Assembly: GCA_963849325.1 (NCBI GenBank)
Contig: CAWKHF010000002.1
Coordinates: forward strand, 128,001-192,000
DNA: 64,000 nucleotides
Reading direction: 5' to 3'
From: an uncultured Planctomycetota bacterium
GTDB taxonomy: Bacteria; Planctomycetota; Planctomycetia; Gemmatales; Gemmataceae
This document shows positions 45,353 through 55,611 of this stretch, in pieces. Each line of letters starts with the position of its first letter. Within the stretch, counting starts at the first letter, position 1. The notes below the pieces were generated by a model. It had not been told where the DNA came from and ran no database searches. It was given only the letters and a program-made list of their open reading frames with translations. The translations under genes and the position numbers were made by a program.

Positions 45353-46882
45353 GTGTCCGTACCCCAAGACCCGTTCGAGGCCAGCCGCACCGAGAAGCTG
45401 CAAGCGATCGCCGCACTGGGACTCGACCCGTGGGGCGGGCGATTCGACGGCCATCAGTCCATCGCCGACGTCCTCGCCCTGCCGGCCGACCGGCCGGAAG
45501 AGCAGCGGCCGCGCGTGCGCATGGCCGGCCGCGTCGTCAGCCGCCGCGAGGGCGGCAAGGTCCATTTCCTCGACCTCAAGGACTGGTCCGGCAAGCCGAC
45601 CTTCCGCGAGATCAAGGGCGAACACGAGGGTGAGGTTGAGAAAGTACACGATCTGAGCAGCCGCATTCAGGTCATGGTCGGACAGAAGCAAGTCGGCGAG
45701 ACCGGCTGGCAGTTGGCGCAGCTTCTCGACCTCGGCGACCTGCTCGGCGTGGACGGCACGTTCGGCAAGACACGGCGCGGCGAACCGACGGTGTTCGCCG
45801 ACAAGCTGACGTTCCTCGGTAAGTCGCTGCTGCCGCACCCGGACAAGTTCGCCGGCATGCACGACCTGGAGTTTCGCCTGCGGCATCGCTACCTCGACCT
45901 GATCTACAACCCCGAGACGCTCGACCGCGCCCGCAAGCGCATCCTGATCGTACGGACGATGCGGCGCTTCCTCGACGAGCGTGGCTTCTGGGAGGTGGAG
46001 ACGCCGACACTGCACGCCATCGCCGGCGGCGCCGCGGCCCGGCCGTTCGTCACGCACCACAACGCCCTGGACATCGATTTGTTCCAGCGCATCGCCCTGG
46101 AATTGCACCTGAAGCGCCTGCTGGTCGGCGGCATCGAGAAGGTGTACGAGATCGGCCGGGTCTTCCGCAACGAGGGCATCAGCCCGCGGCACAATCCGGA
46201 ATTCACCATGATGGAGCTGTACCAGGCATACGGCGACTACCGCTCCATGATGGATTTGACCGAAGAGCTGATTGTCGCCTGCGTGCAGGCGCTGGGCGGC
46301 GGCATGAAACTGCCCTTCGGCGAACACACGATCGACTTCACGCCGCCGTGGCAGCGCAAGACCTACGCCGAGTTGTTCGAGCAGCACGTCGGCGTGCCGA
46401 TGAACGACGCCGAGGCGGTGCGTCGCGTGGCCGAGCAAAGGGGCTTCCCGACGGCCGGCAAAGACCCGGCCGTGGTCGTGCACCACCTGTTCGAGGAGCA
46501 CGTCGAGGACAAGCTGATCGGCCCGGTATTCGTCTACGATTATCCGGCGCCGCTTTGTCCGCTGACCAAGCGGAAGGCCGACAATCCCGACATCGCGGAG
46601 CGTTTCGAGCTGTACGTTCGCGGCATGGAGTTGGCCAACGCCTACACGGAACTGAACGATCCGATCACGCAGGAGCAGACGTTCCGTATGCAGTTGGCCG
46701 GCCTGCCGGAAGAGGAATCGATGGCGAAGATGGATGAGGATTTCATCCGCGCCCTGCGCCACGGTATGCCGCCGGCGGGCGGACTCGGCATCGGCATCGA
46801 CCGCCTGGTCATGCTGCTGACCAACACGCAGACGATCCGCGATGTGATCCTGTTCCCGCTGCTTCGACCGGAGAAAAAATGA
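45353..46882 (+). CDS. lysS: Lysine--tRNA ligase (class II)
   Basis: GGAAARPF, FRNEGISPRHNPEF, GLGIGIDRLVM. Confidence 0.97.
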   Translation: MSVPQDPFEASRTEKLQAIAALGLDPWGGRFDGHQSIADVLALPADRPEEQRPRVRMAGRVVSRREGGKVHFLDLKDWSGKPTFREIKGEHEGEVEKVHDLSSRIQVMVGQKQVGETGWQLAQLLDLGDLLGVDGTFGKTRRGEPTVFADKLTFLGKSLLPHPDKFAGMHDLEFRLRHRYLDLIYNPETLDRARKRILIVRTMRRFLDERGFWEVETPTLHAIAGGAAARPFVTHHNALDIDLFQRIALELHLKRLLVGGIEKVYEIGRVFRNEGISPRHNPEFTMMELYQAYGDYRSMMDLTEELIVACVQALGGGMKLPFGEHTIDFTPPWQRKTYAELFEQHVGVPMNDAEAVRRVAEQRGFPTAGKDPAVVVHHLFEEHVEDKLIGPVFVYDYPAPLCPLTKRKADNPDIAERFELYVRGMELANAYTELNDPITQEQTFRMQLAGLPEEESMAKMDEDFIRALRHGMPPAGGLGIGIDRLVMLLTNTQTIRDVILFPLLRPEKK

Positions 46883-46885
46883 ACT

Positions 46886-47003
46886 ACCACGAATCACACG
46901 AATAACACGAATAAAATACCAATAAAGAGAGAGAAAGAGAGATAATGGCGGGAGTCTTCGCTGATTTTCTTTCTTCATTCGTGTAATTCGTGTGATTCGT
47001 GGT
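46886..47003. repeat. Nonamer inverted element (CACGAATNA-type)
   Basis: ACCACGAATCACACGAATAACACGAAT...ATTCGTGTAATTCGTGTGATTCGTGGT. Confidence 0.9.
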
Positions 47004-47023
47004 TTTCCTTCTTGAGGTGAGAT

Positions 47024-48432
47024 GTGTATAAATTGCTGCTCTGCTGGCGGTATCTGCTGACGCGCTACCTGGCCCTGGTGTGCATCGTCAGTGTCATGCT
47101 CGGGGTGGCCACGCTCATCGTCGTCAACAGCGTCATGGCCGGCTTCAGCACCAAGCTGCGCGATCGGCTGCACGGTCTGCTCTCCGACATCGTCATCGAG
47201 GCCTGCGATTACGAGGGCTTCGCCAACCCCGACGGCAAGATGGCCCGCATCCAGGCCGACCCGTTTCTGAGTCAGCGCATCGAGGCCATGACGCCGACGC
47301 TGGAAATCTTCGGCATGATCCGGTTCAACTACAACGGCATGCCCATCGCCCGGCCGGTGCGCATCATCGGCATCGACCCGATTGGCCGCACTCGTGTCGG
47401 CGGCTTCGCCGAGCATTTGCAGATCAACCGCGGCCAACCGTCGTTCGAGCTGAACGCGGAGGCAGTGCAGCGTCAACGTCTGCTGCACCCGCCGCATCGG
47501 CTGGACCGCATGGCCGCCCTGATGGCGTTGCCGGCGCCGGACGGACGGCCGGCCCCCGAACCGCCGCCGTCGCGCGAGTTCGTGCCGTGCAGCATCATCG
47601 TCGGCTATGCCGTCGCCCACTTCCGCGCTCCAGGGACTGACGCCGCCAGTCCTCACGAAATCCGCACTCTCGAACCCGGCGATGACGTCATCGTCACGAC
47701 CATCAGCGGCCTGGCCCTCAAGCCCGTCGAATGGCGCTGTGCCGTTTGCGACTATTTCCACTCCGAAATGAGCGAATACGACGCCAATTACGTGTTCGTG
47801 CCGCTGGAGGAATTGCAGCGGCTGCGAACGATGGAAGGCCGGGCCACCAGCATTCAAATCCGCTTCAAGGACTACCGCGATTTGAAGGCGGTCAAGCGGC
47901 ATCTGCAGGATCTGTTCAACGCACGAGCCGTTGGCCGTGCAGACCTGGGAGGACAAGCAAGGACCGCTGCTGGCGGCCATCAGCATCGAGAAGGGCATCC
48001 TCAACGTGCTGCTGTTCATGATTATCGCCGTGGCCGGCTTCGGCATCCTGGCCATTTTCTCGATGATCGTGGTCGAGAAGACGCGCGACATCGGCATCCT
48101 CAAGGCGCTGGGCGCGTCCAACACCGGCGTGCTGAACATCTTCCTGGGTTACGGTCTGCTGCTCGGCATCGTTGGTGCCGTGTCTCGGCTCCGCCGCCGG
48201 CGTGGCCATCACCGTCTACATCAACGAGATCGAGCAATTTCTGACCCGATGCACCGGGCACGAATTGTTCGACCGCTCGGTGTACTACTTCAACGAGATC
48301 CCGACCGACCTCAATGTATGGAGCGTGGTCCTCATCAACGTCGGCGCGGTGGCCATCGCCGTGCTGTTCAGCGTGCTGCCGGCGCTGCGGGCGGCCCTGC
48401 TGCATCCGGTGCGAGCACTGCGATACGAATAA
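47024..48432 (+). CDS. LolC/E-like ABC permease (frameshifts near 47925 and 48180)
   Basis: SVMLGVATLIVVNSVMAGF, EKTRDIGILKALGA, PALRAALLHPVRALRYE. Confidence 0.88.
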
Positions 48433-48439
48433 GGTATTC

Positions 48440-48498
48440 CCGTTTAGCCGCGACGCGCAGCGGAGCGCAGCGCTCCGCTGCGCGTCGCGGCTAAACGG
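48440..48498. repeat. REP-like palindrome family A
   Basis: CCGTTTAGCCGCGACGCGCAGCGGAGCG...CGCTCCGCTGCGCGTCGCGGCTAAACGG. Confidence 0.9.
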
Positions 48499-48525
48499 AG
48501 AAGTCAACCCGGAAGGATTCGAGTG

Positions 48526-49338
48526 ATGCACGAGAACCTGCCCCTGTTGGCGGCGGTCAACGTCCACAAGACCTATCGCAAGCACGCTATCGAGGTGCCG
48601 GTGCTGACCGGGCTGGACCTGGAAGTGCATGCCGGCGAGTTCCTCAGCGTCGTCGGCAGCTCCGGCAGCGGCAAAAGCACGCTGCTGCACCTGCTCGGCA
48701 CCCTCGACAAGCCCGACGAGGGACGCATCCTCCTCGATGGCGAGCGCATCGACAATCAGCCCGCCGAGCAGCGCGACCGCCTGCGTAACCAGACGTTCGG
48801 CTTCATCTTCCAGTTCTATCATCTGCTGCCGGAGCTGAGCACGCTGGAAAACGTGCTGATGCCGCGAATGATCGCCCTGCCGGTGCGCGGCTGGTTCCGC
48901 CAGCGCCGCGCCCTCAAGCAGCAGGCCACCGAATTGCTCGATCGCGTCGGCCTGGGACATCGCCTGCACCACAAGCCGCGCGAGCTGTCCGGCGGCGAGA
49001 TGCAGCGCGCGGCCATCGCTCGCGCGCTCATCAACCGTCCGCGCATCCTGCTGGCCGACGAGCCGACCGGCAACCTCGACGCCGACAAGGGCGTCGAGAT
49101 CATCCGTCTGCTGCGCGACTTGAACCGGCAGGAACGGCTGACTATCATCATGGTGACGCACAACATGGAGATCGTCTCGGCCACGGATAGGGTGGTCCAA
49201 CTTCGCGCAGGGCGCGTTGAGACATCAATGGAACCACGATTCCACGGCTGTGGAAAGGACATGATCCAGTGTGGATCAACGGCAAGCTCTTCGAGCTTCA
49301 ATGGGGCCACAGCACGCGGAATCGTGGATACACCATAG
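48526..49338 (+). CDS. LolD-like ABC ATP-binding protein; C-terminus runs through the CRISPR-like element
   Basis: GSSGSGKST, LSGGEMQR, LADEPTGNLD. Confidence 0.9.
   Translation: MHENLPLLAAVNVHKTYRKHAIEVPVLTGLDLEVHAGEFLSVVGSSGSGKSTLLHLLGTLDKPDEGRILLDGERIDNQPAEQRDRLRNQTFGFIFQFYHLLPELSTLENVLMPRMIALPVRGWFRQRRALKQQATELLDRVGLGHRLHHKPRELSGGEMQRAAIARALINRPRILLADEPTGNLDADKGVEIIRLLRDLNRQERLTIIMVTHNMEIVSATDRVVQLRAGRVETSMEPRFHGCGKDMIQCGSTASSSSFNGATARGIVDTP
49222..49331 (-). CRISPR. Orphan degenerate mini-array (2 repeats, 1 spacer of 37 nt), type I-G(I-U)-like repeat
   Basis: R1 49222-49257 ACATCAATGGAACCACGATTCCACGGCTGTGGAAAG; R2 49295-49331 GCTTCAATGGGGCCACAGCACGCGGAATCGTGGATAC (minus strand ends ATTGAAGC); no cas genes in window. 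Confidence 0.45.
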
Positions 49339-49345
49339 GATAGCC

Positions 49346-50202
49346 ATGAATAAGGTCTGGATCAACGGCAAACTGTTCAACAAGGCTGACGCCAAGGTCA
49401 GCGTATTCGATCACGGCCTGCTCTACGGCGACGGCGTTTTCGAGGGCATTCGCATTTACGGCGGCAAGGTGTTCCGCCTCCGCGAGCACATCGATCGCCT
49501 CTACGAGAGCGCCCGCCACATCGCGCTGGAGATGCCGCTGGGCCGCGAGCCATTGACGCAGGCCGTACTCGACACGGTCAAGGTCAACGCCAAGCAGGAC
49601 GGCTACATCCGCCTGGTGGTGACGCGCGGCGCCGGCAATCTCGGGCTGGACCCGCAACAAATGCTCCCAGCCGCAGGTCATCATCATCGTCGATGACATC
49701 AGTCTCTACCCGATCGAGTTCTACGAGAAGGGACTGGAGGTCATCACCGCCTCGATCATCCGCAATCACCCCAACGCCCTGAATCCGCGCATCAAGTCAC
49801 TCAACTACCTCAATAACATCCTGGCCAAGATCGAGGCCGTGCGCGCCGGCTGCCAGGAAGCGATCATGCTCAACCACAACGGCGAGGTCGCCGAATGTAC
49901 CGGCGACAACCTCTTCCTCGTCAAGCGCGGCATCCTGCGGACGCCGCACCTGGCCGCCGGCATCCTCGAAGGCGTGACGCGCAACGCCGTCATCGAGTTG
50001 GCCCGCGAGGCGAAAATCCCGGTGCAGGAGATGGCCCTGACGCGCCACGACGTCTACAGCGCCGACGAGTGCTTCCTGACCGGCACCGCGGCCGAGGTCG
50101 TGCCGGTGGTCGACTGCGACGGCCGGCCCATCGGCAACGGCAAGCCCGGTCCTCGTCACCCGGCAGCTGCGCGAACGCTTTCACCAGTTGGCCCGGCAAT
50201 AG
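49346..50202 (+). CDS. ilvE: Branched-chain amino acid aminotransferase (frameshifts near 49655 and 50150)
   Basis: DHGLLYGDGVFEG, IKSLNYLNNI, ECTGDN, ILEGVTR, FLTGTAAEV. Confidence 0.92.
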
Positions 50203-50212
50203 CTGACAGCAT

Positions 50213-50680
50213 ATGATCGACCTCCACCGTATCCTGGTGCCGACCGACTTCTCCAAGTCGTCGGCCAATGCGCTCACCTACGGAGTGGCGTTCGCGTCGC
50301 GGTTCGGCGCGGAGCTGCACCTGCTGCACGTCGTGCAAGACCTGGCCCTGTTCATCCCCGAGGCGGTGATGGTCAGCCCGCCGATGATGCCGCCCGTCGA
50401 GCAGTTCGTGTCGGCGGCCCGCGTCGCCCTGGACCGCGCCGTACAGGAATTGGCCGTGCCCGACGTGCGCGTCATCCCGGAGGTGGCCGAGGGAACACCG
50501 TTCGAGGAGATCGTTCGTTTCGCCCGTGACAAGGACATCGACCTCATCGTCATGGGCACGCACGGCCACACGGGTCTGGCGCACCTGCTGATGGGGAGCG
50601 TCGCGGAGAAGGTGGTTCGGCGGGCGCCGTGTCCGGTGCTGACGGTGCGCCACCCCGAGCACGAGTTCGTACACCCCTGA
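50213..50680 (+). CDS. Universal stress protein
   Basis: ILVPTDFS, DLIVMGTHG...GSVAEKVVRRAPCPVLTV. Confidence 0.95.
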   Translation: MIDLHRILVPTDFSKSSANALTYGVAFASRFGAELHLLHVVQDLALFIPEAVMVSPPMMPPVEQFVSAARVALDRAVQELAVPDVRVIPEVAEGTPFEEIVRFARDKDIDLIVMGTHGHTGLAHLLMGSVAEKVVRRAPCPVLTVRHPEHEFVHP

Positions 50681-50699
50681 GACGCGAGAGAGAAACGAC

Positions 50700-51361
50700 A
50701 TGGCCCGACATCGACCGACCGCCATTCTGGTGATCGCCATTCTGCACATCATTGGCGCGAGCATCGGCATCCTCAGCTCCTGTTACTCCGTTGCCATGAT
50801 GGGAGTGGCCCAGGCCTCCTCCACCGCGCCGTCTCCCGCCTTCACGCCCCCGCCGGGGGCACCCCAGGGGCAACCGACGCCGCCGAACGCGGCGCAGATC
50901 CTCAAGTATTACGAGGAACACGTACCCGGTTACACGGCGTTTACGTTTGGCTCCCTGGCCGTGAGCTTCCTGCTGGACGTGATGCTGCTTGCCTCCGGCA
51001 TCGGCCTGCTGAAGATGCAGCCATGGGCGCGGCTGCTGTCGTTGATTTATGCTCCTTTGAGCATCCTTTTTCACATTCTTTCCTTCGGGTATCAGCTGAT
51101 TGTGGTGCTCCCGGCTTCGCACGACTTGTTCGCGCAGATGGCCGGTCTTGGCCCGATGGGAACTATCATGGAGGCGGCCGCCACCATCGGCGCCGTTGTC
51201 AGTTTCCTGATCGTCGTTTACCCGATCGTGGTGCTCGTCATCATGCTGCGGCATCCACCGTGGCCGCTTTCCGCGATGACGTTCCCGAGGCGGAAGAGGC
51301 GGATAGATTTGAGGACGATCCCTGGCGAGAGCCGCCGCGGAGCGATGCCTTCACGCGCTGA
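50700..51361 (+). CDS. Hypothetical membrane protein (frameshift near 51255)
   Basis: Four TM segments; C-terminus continues in ORF 51023-51361. Confidence 0.7.
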
Positions 51362-51396
51362 TTCGTATCCCCTCTGCCAACCTCTGGCCGATCGCT

Positions 51397-52145
51397 TCAG
51401 TTCTTGAAGGCGATGTAGAGGGCAAACACGACAAGGACCAGCAGCCCGTTGAGGAGCAAAGCTAGGTTCAACTGGCGAACGCCCTTGGGGGCTCATTTCC
51501 TCTTCCGAAAATGCGGCGCGAAGCAAGTAGTACCAGGCGAGGGGCAGAAGAACGAGCGTTCCCAGACCCAGCACCGAAGCGAGAAACGCACGCCGGGCGA
51601 GATCGTCTCCGGAAGAGACCGTCGCCGAGCGTTCGACGGTCTCCTCTTCTTCTTGTGCCGCTGGTGGTGGAACAGGCGGTACGGTCGGGGCGACCGACGG
51701 AGCACGAGCGATCTCGTCGCGCTTCTGGACTTCTTCGCCGCTGGGCACCGTGGCGGGGCCGGGCTGGATGGCGGTGAGATCGCGGGGCGCCGGCGCGGAT
51801 GCCTTCGCGCGGCGTCTGGCAGGAATAGCAAATCGACAGCCGATTGCTGACCGGTTCGCCGCAGATGGAGCAGAGCCACACGCCGGACTCGGCCTGGTCC
51901 TCCCAGTCGTCGTCGAGCTTGGCGGCGTCCACGGCGGCGAGAAGACCAGCCGCGCGCTGGGCATCGTCCTCGCGCACCTGCAAGGCAATCTGATCGCTCC
52001 CTCCCGCCTGGCCGAACGGCAACACATCCGCTGTCAGCTCGCCGGCCAACATCGACTCGATACCCTCATTTTCCAGCAGGTTTTTCGCCAGCTGGGCCTC
52101 GAAGGATCGATTGAAGGTCATCACGGTGACAAACTGGTCGGACAT
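51397..52145 (-). CDS. DUF2007-like protein with RanBP2-type zinc finger and TM helices (frameshifts near 51780 and 51490)
   Basis: EAQLAKNLLENEGI; WLCSICG...CYSCQTPR. Confidence 0.7.
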
Positions 52146-52186
52146 CCGCCGAACCTCCCAGGCATTCGGAGACAAACCCTACTCCA

Positions 52187-54742
52187 TCAATCTTCCTGTT
52201 TTCCCCTGCGAATGGCAAATCGTTCCTTGCTGCGGAACGTCTCGACGACCAGTCCGCCGGCGCGACTGCGGACGGTGACGGCGCCGTGTCGATACGTGTC
52301 GAGGACGTGCGCCCCGATCCCGGTAAACCGCTGGGTAACACGCGCCGATGGCGCCGGCCTCCCCTGACTGGAAACGACCGCGCCTGGCCGCGCCCAGCGC
52401 GCCAACTCCGGCGTATTGGTCAAGTGGCTGCCGTGATGCGGAGCCATGAGGACATCGACGCGGCGCGGCGGCAGTTCGCCGAGCACGCGCTGCAATCCCG
52501 CCCCTTCCAGGTCGCCGGTGAGCAGGATCGTGTGCCCGGCGTGGCGAACCTGGAGCACCAGGCTGCGCGCGTTTTCGTTGCCCTCGGGTCCGCTGGCCGG
52601 CGGGTGTAGCACCTCCAGGGACACGTCGCCCGCCGTCAGACGGTCGCCGGCCTTGACGATGCGCAGGGGAATGCCGCGCTCCCTCAGAACGGCGAGCGTG
52701 TGCTGGACGCCGGGAGTGGCCTTGTCCGCGAAGCTCGGCGTACACGTCACCTGACCGACCGCGAAGCGATCGAGCAAGTCGGGCAGGCCGTTGAAGTGAT
52801 CGAGGTCGGCGTGCGAGAGGAGGACTTCATCGATGCGGCGGATGCCGCGCTGCCACAGAAACGGCTCGATCTGCCGTCGCGTCACGTCGGGTCCGATGAG
52901 CGAGCCAGCGTCATAGAGCAGCGTTCGGCCGTCGGGCGCCTCCAGCACGACACAACCGCCGTGGCCGACGGACAGAAATGTGCAGCGCATCTCGTCGCTC
53001 GGCAGCCGCGCCGCCCCAGCGACGAGACCGGCACACAGCCAACCCAGTCCCGCCACGCCGGCCCAGCGCCAGCGGCGGCGTAACGGTCCCTGCGTCATCA
53101 CCGCCAGCAGGCCGGCGTAGAACACCCACAACCACCAGTCCGAGATGAAGCCGACGTAGAGATAACTGCCGGGAACGCGGTCGGCGGCATCGACCAGTAC
53201 CTCGCAGGCGGCGAGACTGCCGTGAACGAGGGACGCCAGCGGCGCCGTCAACGGCAGACAGACGATGCCCGTCAGCAGGAGCAGAAAACCCGCAAACAGG
53301 GCCACCGTCGTCAACACGACGAGCGGCGGGCCGAGCAGAAGGCCGCTGGGCGAGATCATTTGGTAGCGCGACGCGGCCAGGGGCGTGATCGCCAGCCAGA
53401 TGAGCAAGGTGATGACGTAGCTTTCCAGCACACGGCAGCCGAGCCGGTGCAGACCCCGTTGCCACGCCGGGCGGGTCGTATCGAGCAGGCGCTCCAACGG
53501 ATCTTCTTCGCGCTGCAACAGATGGCGACTGCCCCAGTACAGGACGGCGACGGACAGGAACGACAGCAAGCAGCCGGGAGTACACAGGTCCGTCGGATTC
53601 ACCAGGGCGACGACGAGCCAGGAGAGGGCGAAGACATTGGCCGGCAGCACGCGGCGGCGCAGGACCAATCCGCCGCAAACGGCGCAGACGGTGATGGCCG
53701 AGCGCAGCGCGGGCGGTCGGCCGCCGGTGAGCAGAGCGTAACCGAGCAGCACCACGGCCACGACCCAGGCGGCGTGGCGCTGGCGCACACCCAGGCGCGG
53801 CAGGACGAACCACAGAAATGCCGCCAAAATCACGAGATGCTGACCGGAAATCGCCAGGACGTGGAGCACGCCGGTGCGTATGTATTTGTCCCAGTCCGCC
53901 CGCGTCATGCCGGAGCCTTCGCCCAGGAGCAAGGCGCTGGCCAAGCCCTGCGATCGCTCCGGCAACGTGTCGCGGAGGATTTGCTGTCCTCGACCGCGGA
54001 TGACGGCGAGCCAGCCGTGGAAGGACATGGTCCATCCGCGGTCCAGACGTGTCACGGCCTGCGGTGTCTTCCGCGCCGCTAGCACCGTGAGGATGCCCTG
54101 GTCGCGCAGATGAGCGGCGAAATCGAACTCGCCGGGATTGCTCGGCGGCGCGGCCAGGGACAGTTGCCCCACGACCTCGACCGCATCGCCGCAGTGCAGG
54201 TCCGGCCAATTCTCGACGCCTACGACGCGCACTCGGCCGGATGCTGCCAACCAGTTGTCACCGCGCCGCAGCTGACCGACACGCAGGACGCTTACCGTCG
54301 TCCCGGCACGGGGGAAAGAGCGCAAGGGATCGATGGATGGGGCGCGGTTGTGTATGGGTTCCTCATCGATGAATCCGCGCAATTGCACGGGCACCGGCTC
54401 GTCTTTCGCATACAGGGCGATGTCATCGGCCGCGTAAACATCGCGGCGGTAGTGGTGGTAAGCGGCCCCGAAGGCGGTGCCCGCCAGGGCCAGGTAGAGC
54501 AGCGGTAAGCCGGGCTGCCGACTGCCGCGCGTGCCGAACCAGGCGAGGAGGCAGCCCGCCGCCGCCAGAAGGCTCACGGGCATCGGCAGCGAGACGTGAC
54601 GATCGAGCATCACCCCGGCGGTGACGGCGAGGGCGGCGGGGACCAACGGCGCACGCCAAATGCTCTCCGGCAACAGCGCGTCCAACGCCGGTCGGGCCGA
54701 TGCGGCGGATGATCCTCCAGACGTAACCGGAGCGTTGGACAT
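52187..54742 (-). CDS. comEC: ComEC/Rec2 competence protein
   Basis: NPGEFDF, HVLAISGQH, VGHG, LSHADLDH, LLTGD, PHHGS. Confidence 0.93.
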   Translation of the reverse strand: MSNAPVTSGGSSAASARPALDALLPESIWRAPLVPAALAVTAGVMLDRHVSLPMPVSLLAAAGCLLAWFGTRGSRQPGLPLLYLALAGTAFGAAYHHYRRDVYAADDIALYAKDEPVPVQLRGFIDEEPIHNRAPSIDPLRSFPRAGTTVSVLRVGQLRRGDNWLAASGRVRVVGVENWPDLHCGDAVEVVGQLSLAAPPSNPGEFDFAAHLRDQGILTVLAARKTPQAVTRLDRGWTMSFHGWLAVIRGRGQQILRDTLPERSQGLASALLLGEGSGMTRADWDKYIRTGVLHVLAISGQHLVILAAFLWFVLPRLGVRQRHAAWVVAVVLLGYALLTGGRPPALRSAITVCAVCGGLVLRRRVLPANVFALSWLVVALVNPTDLCTPGCLLSFLSVAVLYWGSRHLLQREEDPLERLLDTTRPAWQRGLHRLGCRVLESYVITLLIWLAITPLAASRYQMISPSGLLLGPPLVVLTTVALFAGFLLLLTGIVCLPLTAPLASLVHGSLAACEVLVDAADRVPGSYLYVGFISDWWLWVFYAGLLAVMTQGPLRRRWRWAGVAGLGWLCAGLVAGAARLPSDEMRCTFLSVGHGGCVVLEAPDGRTLLYDAGSLIGPDVTRRQIEPFLWQRGIRRIDEVLLSHADLDHFNGLPDLLDRFAVGQVTCTPSFADKATPGVQHTLAVLRERGIPLRIVKAGDRLTAGDVSLEVLHPPASGPEGNENARSLVLQVRHAGHTILLTGDLEGAGLQRVLGELPPRRVDVLMAPHHGSHLTNTPELARWARPGAVVSSQGRPAPSARVTQRFTGIGAHVLDTYRHGAVTVRSRAGGLVVETFRSKERFAIRRGKQED

Positions 54743-54891
54743 ACCTTGGCGATTCGACGTACTCGACAGACCGCGAATCGTCGCCGATTGTCCTCCGCTT
54801 TCGGCCGAATCGCAAGCAACAAATCGGCGGTTCGGACTGCCCTTCCGCCGCTGCGGCGCTGAGTTTATCATCGCGGTGGAGGAGTTGAGCC

Positions 54892-55596
54892 ATGCGCACG
54901 ATGTCCGCACCACAAGCTACCCCCCTGAAAAACGGTGTTCCGTTGCTGGCCAACGGCGATCGCATGAAACAACCCGAGTTCCACCGTCGCTACTTGGCTT
55001 CTCCCGATGACGTCAAGTTTGAATTGATCGAAGGGATCGTTTACATGGCATCGCCCCTGCGCTGGAAGCACGGAAACTACAGCCAGGAATTGAGCCTCGT
55101 CTTTGGTCTCTACCGGGCCGCCACCACCGGCGTCGAAGCGGGCGATAACGCCACCATCCTTCTGGGCGAGGAGAGCGAACCGCAACCGAACCTCGTCTTG
55201 CGTATCCTTCCGGAGTATGGCGGTCAATCGCGCCTGGAGGAGGAGTACGATGCGCGGGCCCCGGAGTTGCTGGCGGAGATCGCCTACAGCTCGCGAGCCA
55301 TCGACCTGAATCAAAAACGAAATGATTATGAGCACAATGGCGTCGTGGAATATTTGGTACTGTCCATCGAGGACCAGGAACTACACTGGTTCCATTTCCC
55401 TTCGGCGAAGATGATCCGGCCGAATCGTCAGGGCGTGTCGCGTTCCCTGGTCTTTCCGGGGTTGTGGATCGAGAACCAGTCCTTGCTGGCCCGTAATACC
55501 GCGCGTCAGATTGACGTGGTGCGGCAAGGTCTCGCCAGCCGGGAACACGCCGTGTTTGTCAAGCGTTTGCAAGCCGCTCACCGCAAGCATTCCTGA
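54892..55596 (+). CDS. Uma2 family endonuclease
   Basis: ELIEGIVYM, SEPQPN, PELLAEIAYSS. Confidence 0.9.
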   Translation: MRTMSAPQATPLKNGVPLLANGDRMKQPEFHRRYLASPDDVKFELIEGIVYMASPLRWKHGNYSQELSLVFGLYRAATTGVEAGDNATILLGEESEPQPNLVLRILPEYGGQSRLEEEYDARAPELLAEIAYSSRAIDLNQKRNDYEHNGVVEYLVLSIEDQELHWFHFPSAKMIRPNRQGVSRSLVFPGLWIENQSLLARNTARQIDVVRQGLASREHAVFVKRLQAAHRKHS

Positions 55597-55611
55597 AAAG
55601 GTAACGTCGTC

